DNA of 64,000 nt from Chrysomallon squamiferum (Eukaryota; Animalia; Mollusca), in the NCBI GenBank assembly GCA_012295275.1, contig CM022675.1:15562001-15626000 (forward strand), in the 5' to 3' direction. The notes below the pieces were generated by a model, which saw only the letters and a list, made by a program, of their open reading frames with translations, was not told the origin of the DNA and did not search any database. Within the stretch, counting starts at the first letter, position 1; every line of letters begins with the position of its first letter. The position numbers and the translations under genes were made by a program. Of this stretch, positions 1 through 14,347 are shown piece by piece.

Positions 1-38
<38 letters not shown>

Positions 39-156
39 GAGACAGAGACAGAAAGAGACAGAGATAGACAGAGAGTGAGAGACAGAGAGAGACAGAGATA
101 GACAGAGAGTGAGAGACAGAGAGAGACAGAGATTGACAGAGAGTGAGAGACAGAGA
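1..156. repeat. (GA)n / GAGACA compound microsatellite
   Basis: Pure GA run grading into repeated gagagacagagatagacagagagt units. Confidence 0.95.
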
Positions 157-1159
157 TATCGCAGTATATCCGTATTAAGATGTGTGTATATATTGTTATA
201 AGTAAACACGTATCAATACAGCTCTATATCCATTGTTATATGTAGGTATCTGGCGATGTCTGTAAGTATCTATGGATGTGAGTGCGTATCTCTTTTGTCT
301 GTAGGCAGCTATTATTGAATGTGTGACAGAAACATTGTATGCATTTATCTTCCAGTGCATGTTTGTTTCTCAGTTGTTTGTCTGATATAAAATATTTCTC
401 TAGGTACGTATCAGTCCATGTCTGTATCTGTAGTTACATGTAGACATGTAGGAATCCACGTGTTTTTATCTATATGCCTGTTGTTCTGTCTTTGTGTGTA
501 ACAAACTATACTTCTTGCTTTCTGAAAGAGTGAATCAATGTCTGGCTATAGTATATATAGTTATCTATATCTAATTTATAAATCTCTCTATATGGTTATC
601 CTTATATGTAGATCTGAATCAAAATATGTATCTTCGTTACATGTGTGTTTATCTACATCTGTATCTATTTTTATATGTAGGTGTGTATCAAACCATATCT
701 ATTTTTATCTCTTAATATGTATCAGTTTTTAGATATATATATATATATATATACCTTCAGTTTTTTGTACCTGTTTCTCAATCTATATCTGTTTTGATCA
801 TTATCTGAGGATCTGTCTCAATTTATACATGTTTCTTTCTTATCTGAAGGTGTATATATTAATCTATATCTGTATCTATCGTGATATTTGGGAACGTATC
901 AATCTATATCAGTCTTCATATTTATCTCTAAGTGTGTATCAGTCTTTATCTCTAAGTATGTATTAATCCGTTATCTGTACGTACGTATCAACCTGTATCT
1001 GTATCTATCATTATATGTATGTGTTTATGAGTCTCTGTCTGAATATCTGTACCTGTTTATAAATCCATATCTTATCAATCATTATTTGTAGGTGTGCATC
1101 ATCTATATCTATCTTTGTTATTATCTATAGTTGTGTATTAATCTAAAATATCTATCGTT

Positions 1160-4100
1160 GTCTTTAGGTGTGTATTAATCTATATATGCATCTATCATTA
1201 TATGTAAGTATGCATCAATCTAAATCACAATCTATCATTATATGTAAGGGTGCATCAGTCTATATCTGTATCTATCATATGCATCAATCTATATCTGTAT
1301 CTATCATTATATGTAAGTGTGTATCAATCTATATCTGTATGTATCATTATATGTAAATGTGTATCAATCTACATCTGTATCTATCATTATATGTAAGTGT
1401 GTATCAATCTACATCTGTATCTATCATTATATGTAAGTGTGCATCAGTCTATATCTGTATCTATCATATGCATCAATCTATATCTGTATCTATCATTATA
1501 TGTAAGTGTGTATCAATCTATATCTGTATCTATCATTATATGTAAGTGTGTATCAATCTACATCTGTATCTATCATTATATGTAAGTGTGTATCAATCTA
1601 CATCTGTATCTATCATTATCTGTAAGTGTGTATCAATCTACATCTATATCTATCATTATATGTAAGTGTGTATCAATCTACATCTCTATCTATCATTATA
1701 TGTAAGTGTGTATCAATCTACATCTGTATCTATCATTATATGTAAGTGTGTATCAATCTACATCTGTATCTATCATTATATGTAAGTGTGTATCAATCTA
1801 CATCTATATCTATTATATGTAAGTGTGCATCAATCTATATCTATATCTATCATTATATGTAAGTGTGTATCAATCTACATCTGTATCTATCTTTATATGT
1901 AAGTGTGTATCAATCTACATCTATATCTATCATATATGTAAGTGTATATCTATATCTATCATTATATGTAAGTGTTTATCAATCTATATGTATATCTATT
2001 ATGTGTATCATCATCTATATCTGTATCTATCATTATGGGAAAGTGTGTATCAATCTACATCTGTAATCATATCTGTATCATCTACATCTGTATCTATATC
2101 TGTCATGTGTATCAATCTACATCTGTATCTATCATTATAATGTATATCTATCATCTACATCTATATTATCATTATCATCTGTCATGCATCAATCTATCTG
2201 TATATATATTATATGTGTATCAATCTACATCTGTATCTATCATTATATGTAAGTGTGTATCAATCTACATCTGTATCTATCATATATATGTAAGTGTGTA
2301 TCAATCTATATCTGTATCTATCATAATGTATGTGTTCAATTATATCTATATATATGTAAGTGCATCAATCTACATCTGTATCTATCATTATATGTAGTGT
2401 GTATCAATCAATCTACATCTGTATCTATCATTATAATGTAAGTGTGTATCAATCTACATCTGTATCTATCATTATATGTAAGTGTGTATCAATCTACATC
2501 TGTATCTATCATTATATGTAAGTGTCTATATCAATCTACATCTGTATCTATCATTATATGTAAGTGTGTGTATCAATCTACATCTGTATCTATCATTATT
2601 ATATGTAAGTGTATCATCAATCTACATCTGTATATCAATTATATTATATATAAGTGTGTATAATCTACATCTGTATCTATCATTATATGTAAGTGTGTAT
2701 CAATCTACATCTGTATCTATCATTATATGTAAGTGTGTATCAATCTACATCTGTATCTATCATTATATTTAGTGTGTATCAATACATCTGTATCTATCAT
2801 ATATGTAAGTGTATCAATCAATATCTATCATTATCTGTATCTATCTGTATCTATATTATATGTAAGTGTGTATCAATCTAAATCTATATCTATATATATA
2901 TTATCTGTATCTATCATTAAGTGTGTATCAATCTACATCTGTATCTATCATTATATGTAAGTGTGTATCAATCTACATCTGTATCTATCATTATATGTAA
3001 GTGTGTATCAATCAATCTACATCTGTATCTATCTATTATGTATGTAAGTGCATCAATCTACATCTGTATCTATCATTATAATGTAAGTGTGTATCAATCT
3101 ACATCTATATCTATCATTATATGTAAGTGTGTATCAATCTACATCTGTATCTATCATTATATGTAAGTGTGTATCAATCTACATCTGTATCTATCATTAT
3201 ATGTAAGTGTGTATCAATCTACATCTGTATCTATCATTTAAGTGTAATCAATCTACATCTGTATGTGTATCAATCTCAATCTACATCTGTATCTATCATT
3301 AAATGTAAGTGTGTATCAATCTACATCTGTATCTATCATTATATGTAAGTGTGTATCAATCTACATCTGTATCTATCATTATATGTAAGTGTGTATCAAT
3401 CTACATCTGTATCTATCATTAAATGTAAGTGTATCAATCTACATCTGTATCAATCTACATCTACATCTGTATCTATCATTATATGTAAGTGTGTATCAAT
3501 CTACATCTGTATCTATCATTATAAATGTAAGTGTGTATCAATCTACATCTGTATCTATCATTATATGTAAGTGTGTATCAATCTACATCTGTATCTATCA
3601 TTATATGTAAGTGTGTATCAATCAATCAATGTATCTATCTGTAATCATTATATATGTAAGTGTGTATCAATATATAAGTGTGTATCAATCTACATCTGTA
3701 TCTATCATTATATGTAAGTGTGTATCAATCTACATCTGTATCTATCATCATTATATGTAAGTGTGCATCAATCTACATCTGTATCTATCATTATATGTAA
3801 GTGTGTATCAATCTATATCTGTATGTATCATTATATGTAAGTGTGTATCAATCTACATCTGTATCTATCATTATATGTAAGTGTGTATCAATCTACATCT
3901 GTATCTATCATTATATGTAAGTGTGTATCAATCTACATCTGTATCTATCATTATATGTAAGTGTGCATCAATCTACATCTGTATCTATCTACATCTGTAT
4001 CTATCATTATATGTAAGTGTGTATCAATCTACATCTGTATCTATCATTATATGTAAGTGTGTATCAATCTACATCTGTATCTATCATTATGTAAGTGTGT

Positions 4101-7100
4101 ATCAATCTACATCTGTATATGTAAGTGTGTATCAATCTACATCTGTATCTATCATTATATGTAAGTGTGTGTCAATCAATCTACATCTGTATCTATCATT
4201 ATATGTAAGTGTGTATCAATCTACATCTGTATCTATCATTATATGTAAGTGTGTATCAATCTATATATCTATCTATCATTATATCATTAAGTGTGCATCA
4301 ATCTACACATCTGTATCTATTATGTATATCAATCTACATCTGTATCTATTATTATGTAAGTGTGTATCAATCTACATCTGTATATCTCATATATCTATCA
4401 TTATATGTAAGTGTGCATCAATCTACATCTGTATCTATCATTATATGTAAGTGTGTATCAATCTACATCTGTATCTATCATTAAATGTAAGTGTGTATCA
4501 ATCTACATCTGTAATCTATATCAATCTACATCTGTATCTATCATTATATGTAATGTGTATCAATCTACATCTGTATCTATCATTATATGTAAGTGTGTAT
4601 CAATCTACATCTGTATCTATCATTATATGTAAGTGTGTATCAATCTACATCTGTATCTATCATTATATGTATGTGTATCAATGTATCTGTAATCTACATC
4701 ATATATCTATCATTATATGTAAGTGTGTATCAATCTACATCTGTATCTATCATTATATGTAAGTGTGTATCAATCTACATCTGTATCTATCATTATATGT
4801 AAGTGTGTATCAATCTATATCTGTATCTATCATTATATGTAAGTGTGCATCAATCTACATCTGTATCTCTATCTGTATCTATCATTATATGTAAGTGTGT
4901 ATCAATCTACATCTGTATCTATCATTATATGTAAGTGTGTATCAATCTACATCTGTATCTATCATTATATAAGTGTGTGTAATCATATCTATATCTGTAT
5001 CTATCATTATGTGTGTATCAATGTATCTGTATCTATATATCTATATGTAAGTGTGTATCAATCTACATCTGTATCTATCATTATATGTAAGTGTGTATCA
5101 ATCTACATCTATATCTATCATTATATGTAATGTACATGTGTATCAATCTACATCTGTATCTATCATTATAATGTAAGTGTATCAATCTACATCTGTATCT
5201 ATCATTAATGTAAGTGTGTATCAATCTACATCTGTATCTATCATTAAATGTAAGTGTGTATCAATCTACATCTGTATCTATCATTAAATGTAAGTGTGTA
5301 TCAATCTACATCTGTATCTATCATTATATGTAAGTGTGTATCAATCTACATCTGTATCTATCATTATAATGTAAGTGTGTATCAATCTACATCTGTATCT
5401 ATCATTATATGTAAGTGTGTATCAATCTACATCTGTATCTATCATTATATGTAATATCAATCTATCTGTATCAATCTGTATCTGTATCTATATCTATCAT
5501 ATCTATATCTGTATAGTGTGTATCAATCTATCATCTACATATCTATCTATTATATGTAAGTGTGTATCAATCTACATCTGTATGTATCATTATATGTAAG
5601 TGTGTATCAATCTACATCTGTATCTATCATTATATGTAAGTGTGTATCAATCTACATCTGTATCTATCATTATATGTAAGTGTGTATCAATCTACATCTG
5701 TATCTATCATTATATGTAAGTGTGTATCAATCTACATCTGTATCTATCATTATATGTAAGTGTATCAATCTATATCTGTATCTATCATTATATGTAAGTG
5801 TGTATCAATCTACATCTGTATCTATCTATCAATCTATCTGTATCTATCATTATATGTAAGTGTGTATCAATCTACATCTGTATCTATATATCTATCATTA
5901 TATGTATAAGTGTGTATGCATCAATCTACATCTGTATCTATCATTATATGTAAGTGTGTATCAATCTACATCTGTATCTATCATTATATGTAAGTGTGCA
6001 TCAATCTACATCTGTATCTATCATTATATGTAAGTGTGCATCAATCTACATCTGTATCTATCATTATATGTAATGTGTGTATCAATCTACATATCATTAT
6101 CTACATCTATCAATCTACATCTGTATCTATCATTATATGTAAGTGTACATCATCAATCTACATCTGTATCTATCATATGTAAGTGTGTATCAATCTACAT
6201 CTGTATCTATCATTATATGTAAGTGTATCAATCTACATCTGTATCTATCATTATATGTAAGTGTGTATCAATCTCATCTGTATCTATCATTATATGTAAG
6301 TGTGTATCAATCTACATGTATGTATCTATATTATATGTAAGTGTGTATCAATCTACATCTGTATCTATCATTATATGTAAGTGTGTATCAATCTACATCT
6401 GTATCTATCATTATATGTAAGTGTGTATCAATCTATATCTGTATCTATCATTATATGTAAGTGTGTATCATCAGTCTACATCTGTATCTATCATTATATG
6501 TAAGTGTGTATCAATCTACATCTGTATCTATCATTATATGTAAGTGTGTATCAATCTATATCTGTATCTATCATTATATATGGAAAGTGTGTATCAATCT
6601 ATATCTATATCTGTATTATCATTATATGTATCAATCTGTATCTATCATTATATCTGTATGTATCAATCTACATCTGTATCTATCATTAAATGTAAGTGTG
6701 TATCAATCTATCTGTATCTATCATTATATGTAAGTGTGTATCAATCTACATCTGTATCTATATATAATGTGTGTATCAATCTATCATCTACATCTGTATC
6801 TATCATTATATGTAAGTGTGTCAATCAATCTACATCTGTATCTATCATTATATGTATGTAAGTGTGTATCAATCTACATCTGTATCTGTATCTATCATTA
6901 AATGTAAGTGTGTATCAATCTACATCTGTATCTATCATTATAATGTAAGTGTGTATCAATCTACATCTGTATCTATCATTAAATGTAAGTGTGTATCAAT
7001 CTACATCTGTATCTATCATTAAATGTAAGTGTATATCAATCTACATCTGTATCTATCATTATATGTAAGTGTGTATCAATCTACATCTGTATCTATCATT

Positions 7101-8150
7101 ATATGTAAGTGTGTATCAATCTACATCTGTATCTATCATTATATGTAAGTGTGTATCAATCTACATCTGTATCTATCTGTATCAATCTATATCTGTATCT
7201 ATCATTATATGTAAGTGTGTATCAATCTACATCTGTATCTATCATTATGTAAGTGTGCATCAATCTACATCTGTATCTATCATTATATGTATGTATCAAT
7301 CTACATCATATCTATATCTATCATATGTATCAATCTACATCTGTATCTATCATTATATGTAAGTGTGTGTATCAATCTACATCTGTATCTATCATATGTA
7401 AGTGTGTATCAATCTACATCTGTATCTATCATTATATGTAAGTGTCCATCAATCTACATCTGTATCTATCATTATATGTAAGTGTGTATCAATCTATATC
7501 TGTATCTATCATTTTGTATATCAATCTACATCTGTATCTATCATTATATGCAAAATATCAATCTTACATCTATATCTATCATTATATGTAAGTGTGTATC
7601 AATCTACATCTGTATATATCTTTATATGTAAGTGTGTATCAATCTACATCTGTGTCTATCATTATGGGTAAGTGTGTATCAATCTATATCTGTATCTATC
7701 ATGTGTAAGTGTGCATCAATCTATATCTGTATCTATCATTATCTGTAAGTGTGTATCAATCTACATCTGTATCTGTCATTATGGGTAAGTGTGTATCAAT
7801 CTATATCTGTATCTCTCATATGCATCAGTCTACATCTGTATCTATCAGTATAGTGTAAGTGTGTATCAATCTACATCTGTATCTATCATTAAATCTAAGT
7901 GTGCATCAATCTACATCTGTATCTTTCATTATATGTGTGTATCAATCTACATCTATATCTATCATATGCATCAATCTATATCTGTATCTATCATTATATG
8001 CGAGTGTGTATTAATCTATATCTGTATCTGTCATATGTATGTGTGCTTCTGTGTATATCTGTATCTATCATTATATGTAAGTGTGTATCAATCTATATCT
8101 GTATCTATCATATGCATCAATCTACATCTCAATCTATCTTTATATGCATC
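1160..8150. repeat. 40-bp tandem satellite, homogeneous core
   Basis: Unit GTGTGTATCAATCTACATCTGTATCTATCATTATATGTAA repeated head-to-tail, many perfect copies interspersed with indel-scrambled ones. Confidence 0.97.
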
Positions 8151-11100
8151 AATCTATATCTGTATATATCTTTATATTAATTTATTTCCGTATATATCAT
8201 TATCTATAGGTGTTTATTAAAATATATCTATATTTATACTTATCTATAGTGTGCATTAATCTGTATCTGTATGTCTTTATATGTAGGTGTGTATTAATCT
8301 ACATCTGTTTTTATTATTATCTTTTTCTATATGTGTATCTCTCTTTATCTTTTGGTATTTATTGATCTATATTTGTATGTATCTTTATCTAAAGGTGTGT
8401 ATTAATCTTCAGCTGTTTCTATTGTGAACTATAGGATTGTACTAATTTACGTCTGTAGATGCATATTAATTTATATCTGTATCTATCTTTATCTTTATGA
8501 GTGTATTAACCAGTATATGTATCTATCTTTATCTTTAGATATGTATTAATCTCTACCTCTTTCTGTCGTGACCTATAGGTCTCTAGTATTCTAAAATCAC
8601 TATCGTGAATATCTTTTTATCGTTATGTATGGATTAATCTATATCTGTTTCTGTCATTGATGTGTATTAGTCTATATCTCTATCTATATTTATTGTTTGA
8701 TGTGCATTAATATGTATTTGCGTTTCTCCTTCTCTACAGGTGCGTATTAATCTCATGTTATCTGTATCTATATCTGTATCTTTCTTTATCTTTAAGTGTG
8801 TATTAGTCATTATTTGTATCTAGCATTATTTTAGGTGTGTATTAATGCATATCTTAATCTATCTTTATCTTTAGGTGTGTTTTAATCTATAACTGTATGC
8901 ATCCTTATCTGTAGGTGTGTATTAATTTATGTCTGTATCTATCATTTTCCAGATATCTATCGTTATCTAGTGGTGTCTATTAGTCTATATCTACTTCTAT
9001 AGTGATCGTTAGGTGTGTACTGATCTGTATCTGCATCTATCGTTATATATATGCTGGTATTAATCTATATCTGTATGTATCGTTATCTGTATCTGTATAT
9101 TAAACCAGGTATGTTTCTATCGTTACCTATAAGTGTGTATTAATCTATATCTGTTTTAGTCGTGATATACCTTTGTATTAGTCCGAAATCTCTATCTATT
9201 GTTACTATAAGTGTGTTTTAATCTATATCTGTATCTATTGTTATCTTTATCTAAATCTCTTTTTTTTATCTTTATCTATATATGTATTTGTTTTTATCTT
9301 CAGGTATGTATTAATTTATATCTGTATCTATCTTTATCTTTAGGTCTGTATTACTCTCTATCTGTATCTATCGTTATCTATTAGTCTGTTTTAATCTGTA
9401 TCTGTATCTCTAGTCATCTATCGGTGTGTATGTTAATCTATATCTGTTTCTGTGGTGATCTAGAGCTCTCTATTAATCAATATATATTGTTATCTATAGT
9501 CTGCTTTAATTTTGATCTGTGTCTGTCGTTATCTTTAGGTGTTTATTCATCTATATCTATTTCTATCTTTTTGTTTACATGTGTATTAATATATGATCTC
9601 TGGTCACCTATTGGTGTGTGTATCAATCTATATCTGAATCTACCTTTATCTTTAGTCGTGTGTCAATCTCTATCTGTCTTTGTCGTGATATATAGGTGTT
9701 TATTAATCTCTGCATCTATCATCATATGTAGATGTGTATTAATATATATCTCTGTCTAGCGTTATGTTCGGGTGTATATTAATCTATATCTGTGTATATC
9801 GTTGTCTTTATGTCGCTATGTGGCTATATATCTATCTATATCTATATACAGGTGCGTATTAATCTGTATGTGTATCTATCTTTATCTATATGTATGTCTT
9901 AATCTATACCTCTTTGTATCGTGATCTGTAGGTGCATATTAACATATATCTGTATATATCATTATCTACAGATGTGTATTAATCTATAGTTGTGTATTAA
10001 TCTGCATGTCTTTCTATTGTTATCTTTAGATGCATATTGATCCAAATCTCTATATATCGTTATCTATAGTTGTGTATTAACCTATATAAGTTTATGTCGT
10101 TATCTGTTAGTGCGTATTGATCTATATCTGTATCTTTTGTTATCTTTATCTATATCTGTATGTACCTTTACCTTTAGGTGTGTATTAATATATATCTCTA
10201 TCTATCTTTATCTATAGGTATGTATTTATCTTTCTATCTGTATAGATCGTTATCTTTAGGTGTGTATTGATATGTTTCTGTTTCTATCGTTGTCTGTGGG
10301 GTGAGTATTAGTCTGTACGTGTAGCCATCATGATCTATAGAGGTGTTAATCTTTATCTGGTTATCTGCAGGTGTTTATTAATCTATATCTGTACATGTCG
10401 TTATATGAAGGTGTGTATTAATCTATATTTGTATGTCTCATTATCTATAGGTTTCTATTAATTTATATCTGTTTCAGTCATTATCTACAGATGTCTGTTA
10501 TCTGTATCTGTATGTATCTTCATCCATAGGTGTGTATTAATCTATACCTGTATATATCGTTATCTACAGGTCTGTGTTAATCTACATCTGTTTCTGTCGT
10601 TAGTTACTTGTATGTATTAGTCTATCACTGTGTCTATAGTTATCGTTATGTGTGTATTAATCTATATCTGTATATATTGTTGCGTATAGGTGTGTATTGA
10701 TCTATACCTGTATCTATCGTGACCTATAGGGGTGTATTAATCTTTATCTCTGTCTATCGTTATCATTACGTGTGTATTATCGATATCTCTGTATCTCTAT
10801 ATCTGTATGTGTCTGTTAATCTATATCTGTTTCTGCTGTTAGCTATAGGTGTGAATTAATCTATCTCTGAATGTATCGTTTATCTTTGGTTGCGTTTTTA
10901 TCTATACCTGTATCTATCGTTTTCTGTATCTCTATCTATGATTTTCTTTTTCTAAATCTCTACCTATCGCTTTCTTTAGGTGTGTACTGATCTTTATCTG
11001 TATCTGTAGTTATCTTCTTCTATATCTGTATCTAGGTGCGTGTTAATCTACATATCTGTCCATCCTATTCTTTAGGTTTGTGTTAATCTATATATGTATT

Positions 11101-11950
11101 TATCATTATATGTAAAGTGTGTATTTATCATTATATGTAAATGTGTATTTATATATCTGTATGTATTTTTATCTTTAGGTGTGTATTAATCTATGTCTGT
11201 ATCTATCTTAATTTTTTTAGGTGTTATTAATCTATACATATATGTATCTTTAATTTTAGATATGTATTAATTTATACCTGTATCTATCGTTATCTTTAGG
11301 TGTGTGCCAATCTATATCTGCATCTATTATTATCTAAAGGTAGGTTTAACTCTACGTATATATTAATCTAATCTCTATATACTGTTACCTGTAGGTGTAT
11401 ACTATCGTTATCCATAGGAGTGTATCGGTCTATATCTATATCTATCTTATATATACAGGTGTTTATTAATATATATGTGTATCTGTCTTTATCTGCGGGT
11501 GTGTATCAATTATATGTGAATCTATGGTTATCTGTAACTGTATCAGTCTATGTCTGTATCTGTCGTTGTCTATAGTTGTGTCTTAATCTATAAATTTATT
11601 TATCGTTATGTGTCTTCATTATCTGCAGCTGTCTCCTAATCCATATTGTGTATCTATCGTTATCTGTAGGTGTGTATCTTTACACATGTGTGTTTTCGCT
11701 ATCTATACATATATCTCAATCTGTACCTTATATATTGCTATCTGTAAGTGTTTATCAATCTATATCTGTTTCTATCATTATGTGTAGGTTTTTTCAAAGT
11801 GAGTCTATCGTCTGTAGTTGTTTATCAATGTGTACCTATTTCTATCTTTATCTACACCCATGTACCAGTGTATGTGTATGTATATGTGTGTCTATAGTTA
11901 TGCGTGGCTTTTTATCTATCTATATGTGTATGTCTTGATATCTGTAGATC
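8151..11950. repeat. Diverged flank of the same 40-bp satellite
   Basis: Degenerate units like GTGTGTATTAATCTATATCTGTATCTATCGTTATCTTTAG keep ~40-bp periodicity; a similar degenerate flank lies at ~600-1160. Confidence 0.85.
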
Positions 11951-12545
11951 TGTACAATCGACATATATATAGGCGTGTATGAATCTATATCTGTGTGTCT
12001 GTGTGTGTTTGTGTGTTTGTCTATAATATCTAGACATAAATGATAATTTGCTTTGTGTCGTATACTGTTTACTAAGTAACTATCATAATAATTGTTATTC
12101 AATTTAGAAGCGTCCTCAAAACAAAAAAATAGAAAAATGATAATAATAAAAGGTTATACTTTGATTTAGACGCAAATTTAGACGGTTCGCCAATGTAACA
12201 TAGATCGGATTATGCCAAATTTGATGTAAAAATACCAATTTTGAAAATTGATTTCCGATCAAGAACCACAGTTTATTCCTAGTATGCTGAATCAGCATTT
12301 AGATCAAGTCTCTGAAAAACAAAACAAAACAGAATTAGTTTTTTGTACTCACGGACAATATCCAGCAGAATTAGTAACAACAGAGTAAATAATCCAGTAC
12401 TTAACAATCCAACACTTAGTAAACACACTGACTTAGTAATCCAAGAATTGCTAAACACAGAAATATTAGTCTAAAAATTAAAAACAGAATTAACAATCAC
12501 ATTCACCTTCAGAACGACGTCTTTCTCCAAGCAAGCGATCGAGTC

Positions 12546-12630
12546 ACACTGAGTTCAATTGTTGACGTCATATTTATACCCGCCAGAAATACGGAAATTA
12601 CCGATTGTTACGTTATTGGTTTACGTGGCA
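12546..12630 (-). promoter_or_regulatory. Putative minus-strand TATA/Inr core promoter with CRE, GC box and CCAAT
   Basis: Minus strand reads CCAAT (12619-12615) ... GGCGGG-TATAAATA (12578-12571)-TGACGTCA (12570-12563) ... TCAGT Inr (12552-12548), with TATA at -28. It is followed by a donor-like AAG|GTGAAT at 12507/12506. Confidence 0.5.
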
Positions 12631-12865
12631 TAAAATTTGTTTCTTTTAAGAGAGTAAAAATTATAATTATTTTAAAATATTATTTATGATTTTGTTTTAC
12701 TATAGATAATTCTCAGATTACTTTGCAAAATATTTTATTTCCATTTTATTAAAATGATGTTTAGTTCAAGTGATTATAAATTGAAATTAAAGTAAATATT
12801 TCGATTTTATTAAAGTTATAACTATAAACCGATTTAGCGATATTTATATATTCTCGTCCATTCGT

Positions 12866-12876
12866 TTTTATTTATT

Positions 12877-12967
<91 letters not shown>

Positions 12968-12968
12968 T
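12866..12968. repeat. (TTTA)n(TTA)n(GTA)n compound microsatellite
   Basis: Direct reading. Confidence 0.95.
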
Positions 12969-13653
12969 TACCAAACAATCGCTACGTTGAAATTAACTTT
13001 TAGTTTTCACAATCTTTTTTGCACAATGTACATGTTATTTATTTATAAACTTTTATTTTATTTATTTATTTTATTTAACCAGATGGTTATGATTTAGTTT
13101 CTTAAACAATACAATACTTTTATAGTTTGCTACCAAGACGTATTCAGGACAAGGGAGATAATTACGTTTGTTTACAAACATCTAATTATAAAAATTGTTC
13201 TCTATATTTCTGTTTCTTTTTTTCTCTCTTGCTTTTATTTATTGTTGTTTTCAAAGCTAACTTATGTTTATTTTTGCTAGTTATAGTTTTATTGATGTCT
13301 CCTCTACGATTATAGACGCATTTGTGTTTTTAAAAAATATATAAATACGATTTTTCTTTCTTTCTTTCTTTCTTTCTTTCTTTATTTATTTTTCTTCTTC
13401 TTCTTCTCATTATTATTATTTGTTTTACTATTTTGTAACTCGTTAACCTATAAAATTTATAGAAATATTATTTAATGAATGTATTATTGTAAGAATGAAA
13501 TGATACATAGAGAAATACAAATCTGACTGAAAAGCGTGTATAGAAGTACTAACAAAAAAGGGGAAAACATTAAGCAAAAGTGATAACAGCAACGAAAACG
13601 ACAATAATAATAACAATATAATAATAATAACAACAACAGTAATAAAAACAACA

Positions 13654-13694
<41 letters not shown>

Positions 13695-14254
13695 AACGAA
13701 CAAATCTTTATTTTTCAGAAAATAATATTGAATTTATTGAGAGCATTTTTTTGTACAGTTACCTTGGAAACTAAGTAACAGTTGTAAATATACATTCTTG
13801 TATACTATCACATCGATGTTGATATCTGTATACAGAACTAAACATTGTTGTAAACATATTTACCTATTCTTGTAAACACAGACGCATACATAATCTTGTA
13901 AACACAGACATTCTCATGTAATTATTTGTATACATTTATAAAGAGACAGTAAGATATACATACATTGCTTTTCTAATTAGTAAACATACATTCCTGTATA
14001 CACTTACATACACTCTGTTGAAACATATAAACCTATATACATTTTGTCTTTGTTAATACATTCTGTAAACGAAACGTATGCATTTGTATACACAAATACA
14101 CATTATTGTAAACAAGCACACCTTTTTAAGTGTACCGATAAAAATGTTGTTATACCTTTAGAATACCTTTACCTTTTACATAGGTAATATTTGTGATGAA
14201 TTGCATCATTATTTACTCATTCACACACGCAGTCACATATACATCACGCTTTGA

Positions 14255-14259
<5 letters not shown>

Positions 14260-14344
<85 letters not shown>
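14260..14344. repeat. (CT)n microsatellite
   Basis: Pure CT run abutting a TM-exon remnant. Confidence 0.97.

Positions 14345-14347
<3 letters not shown>

Noticed and set aside
1160-8150. CRISPR-like periodic array
   Set aside because: Contiguous tandem units with no unique spacers, no cas genes, eukaryotic context.
538-11938. Dozens of MCINLHLYLSL... ORFs
   Set aside because: Translations of the 40-bp satellite in rotating frames, mostly with GTG starts; no coding signal.
12612-12630. ER-stress element (CCAAT-N9-CCACG)
   Set aside because: Order and spacing of CCACG and CCAAT fit neither ERSE nor ERSE-II.
13127-13703. Hydrophobic poly-I/L/Y ORFs (also at 19141, 24953, 33776, 34421, 52617, 57149)
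   Set aside because: Products of (AAT)n and (TTTA)n microsatellites.
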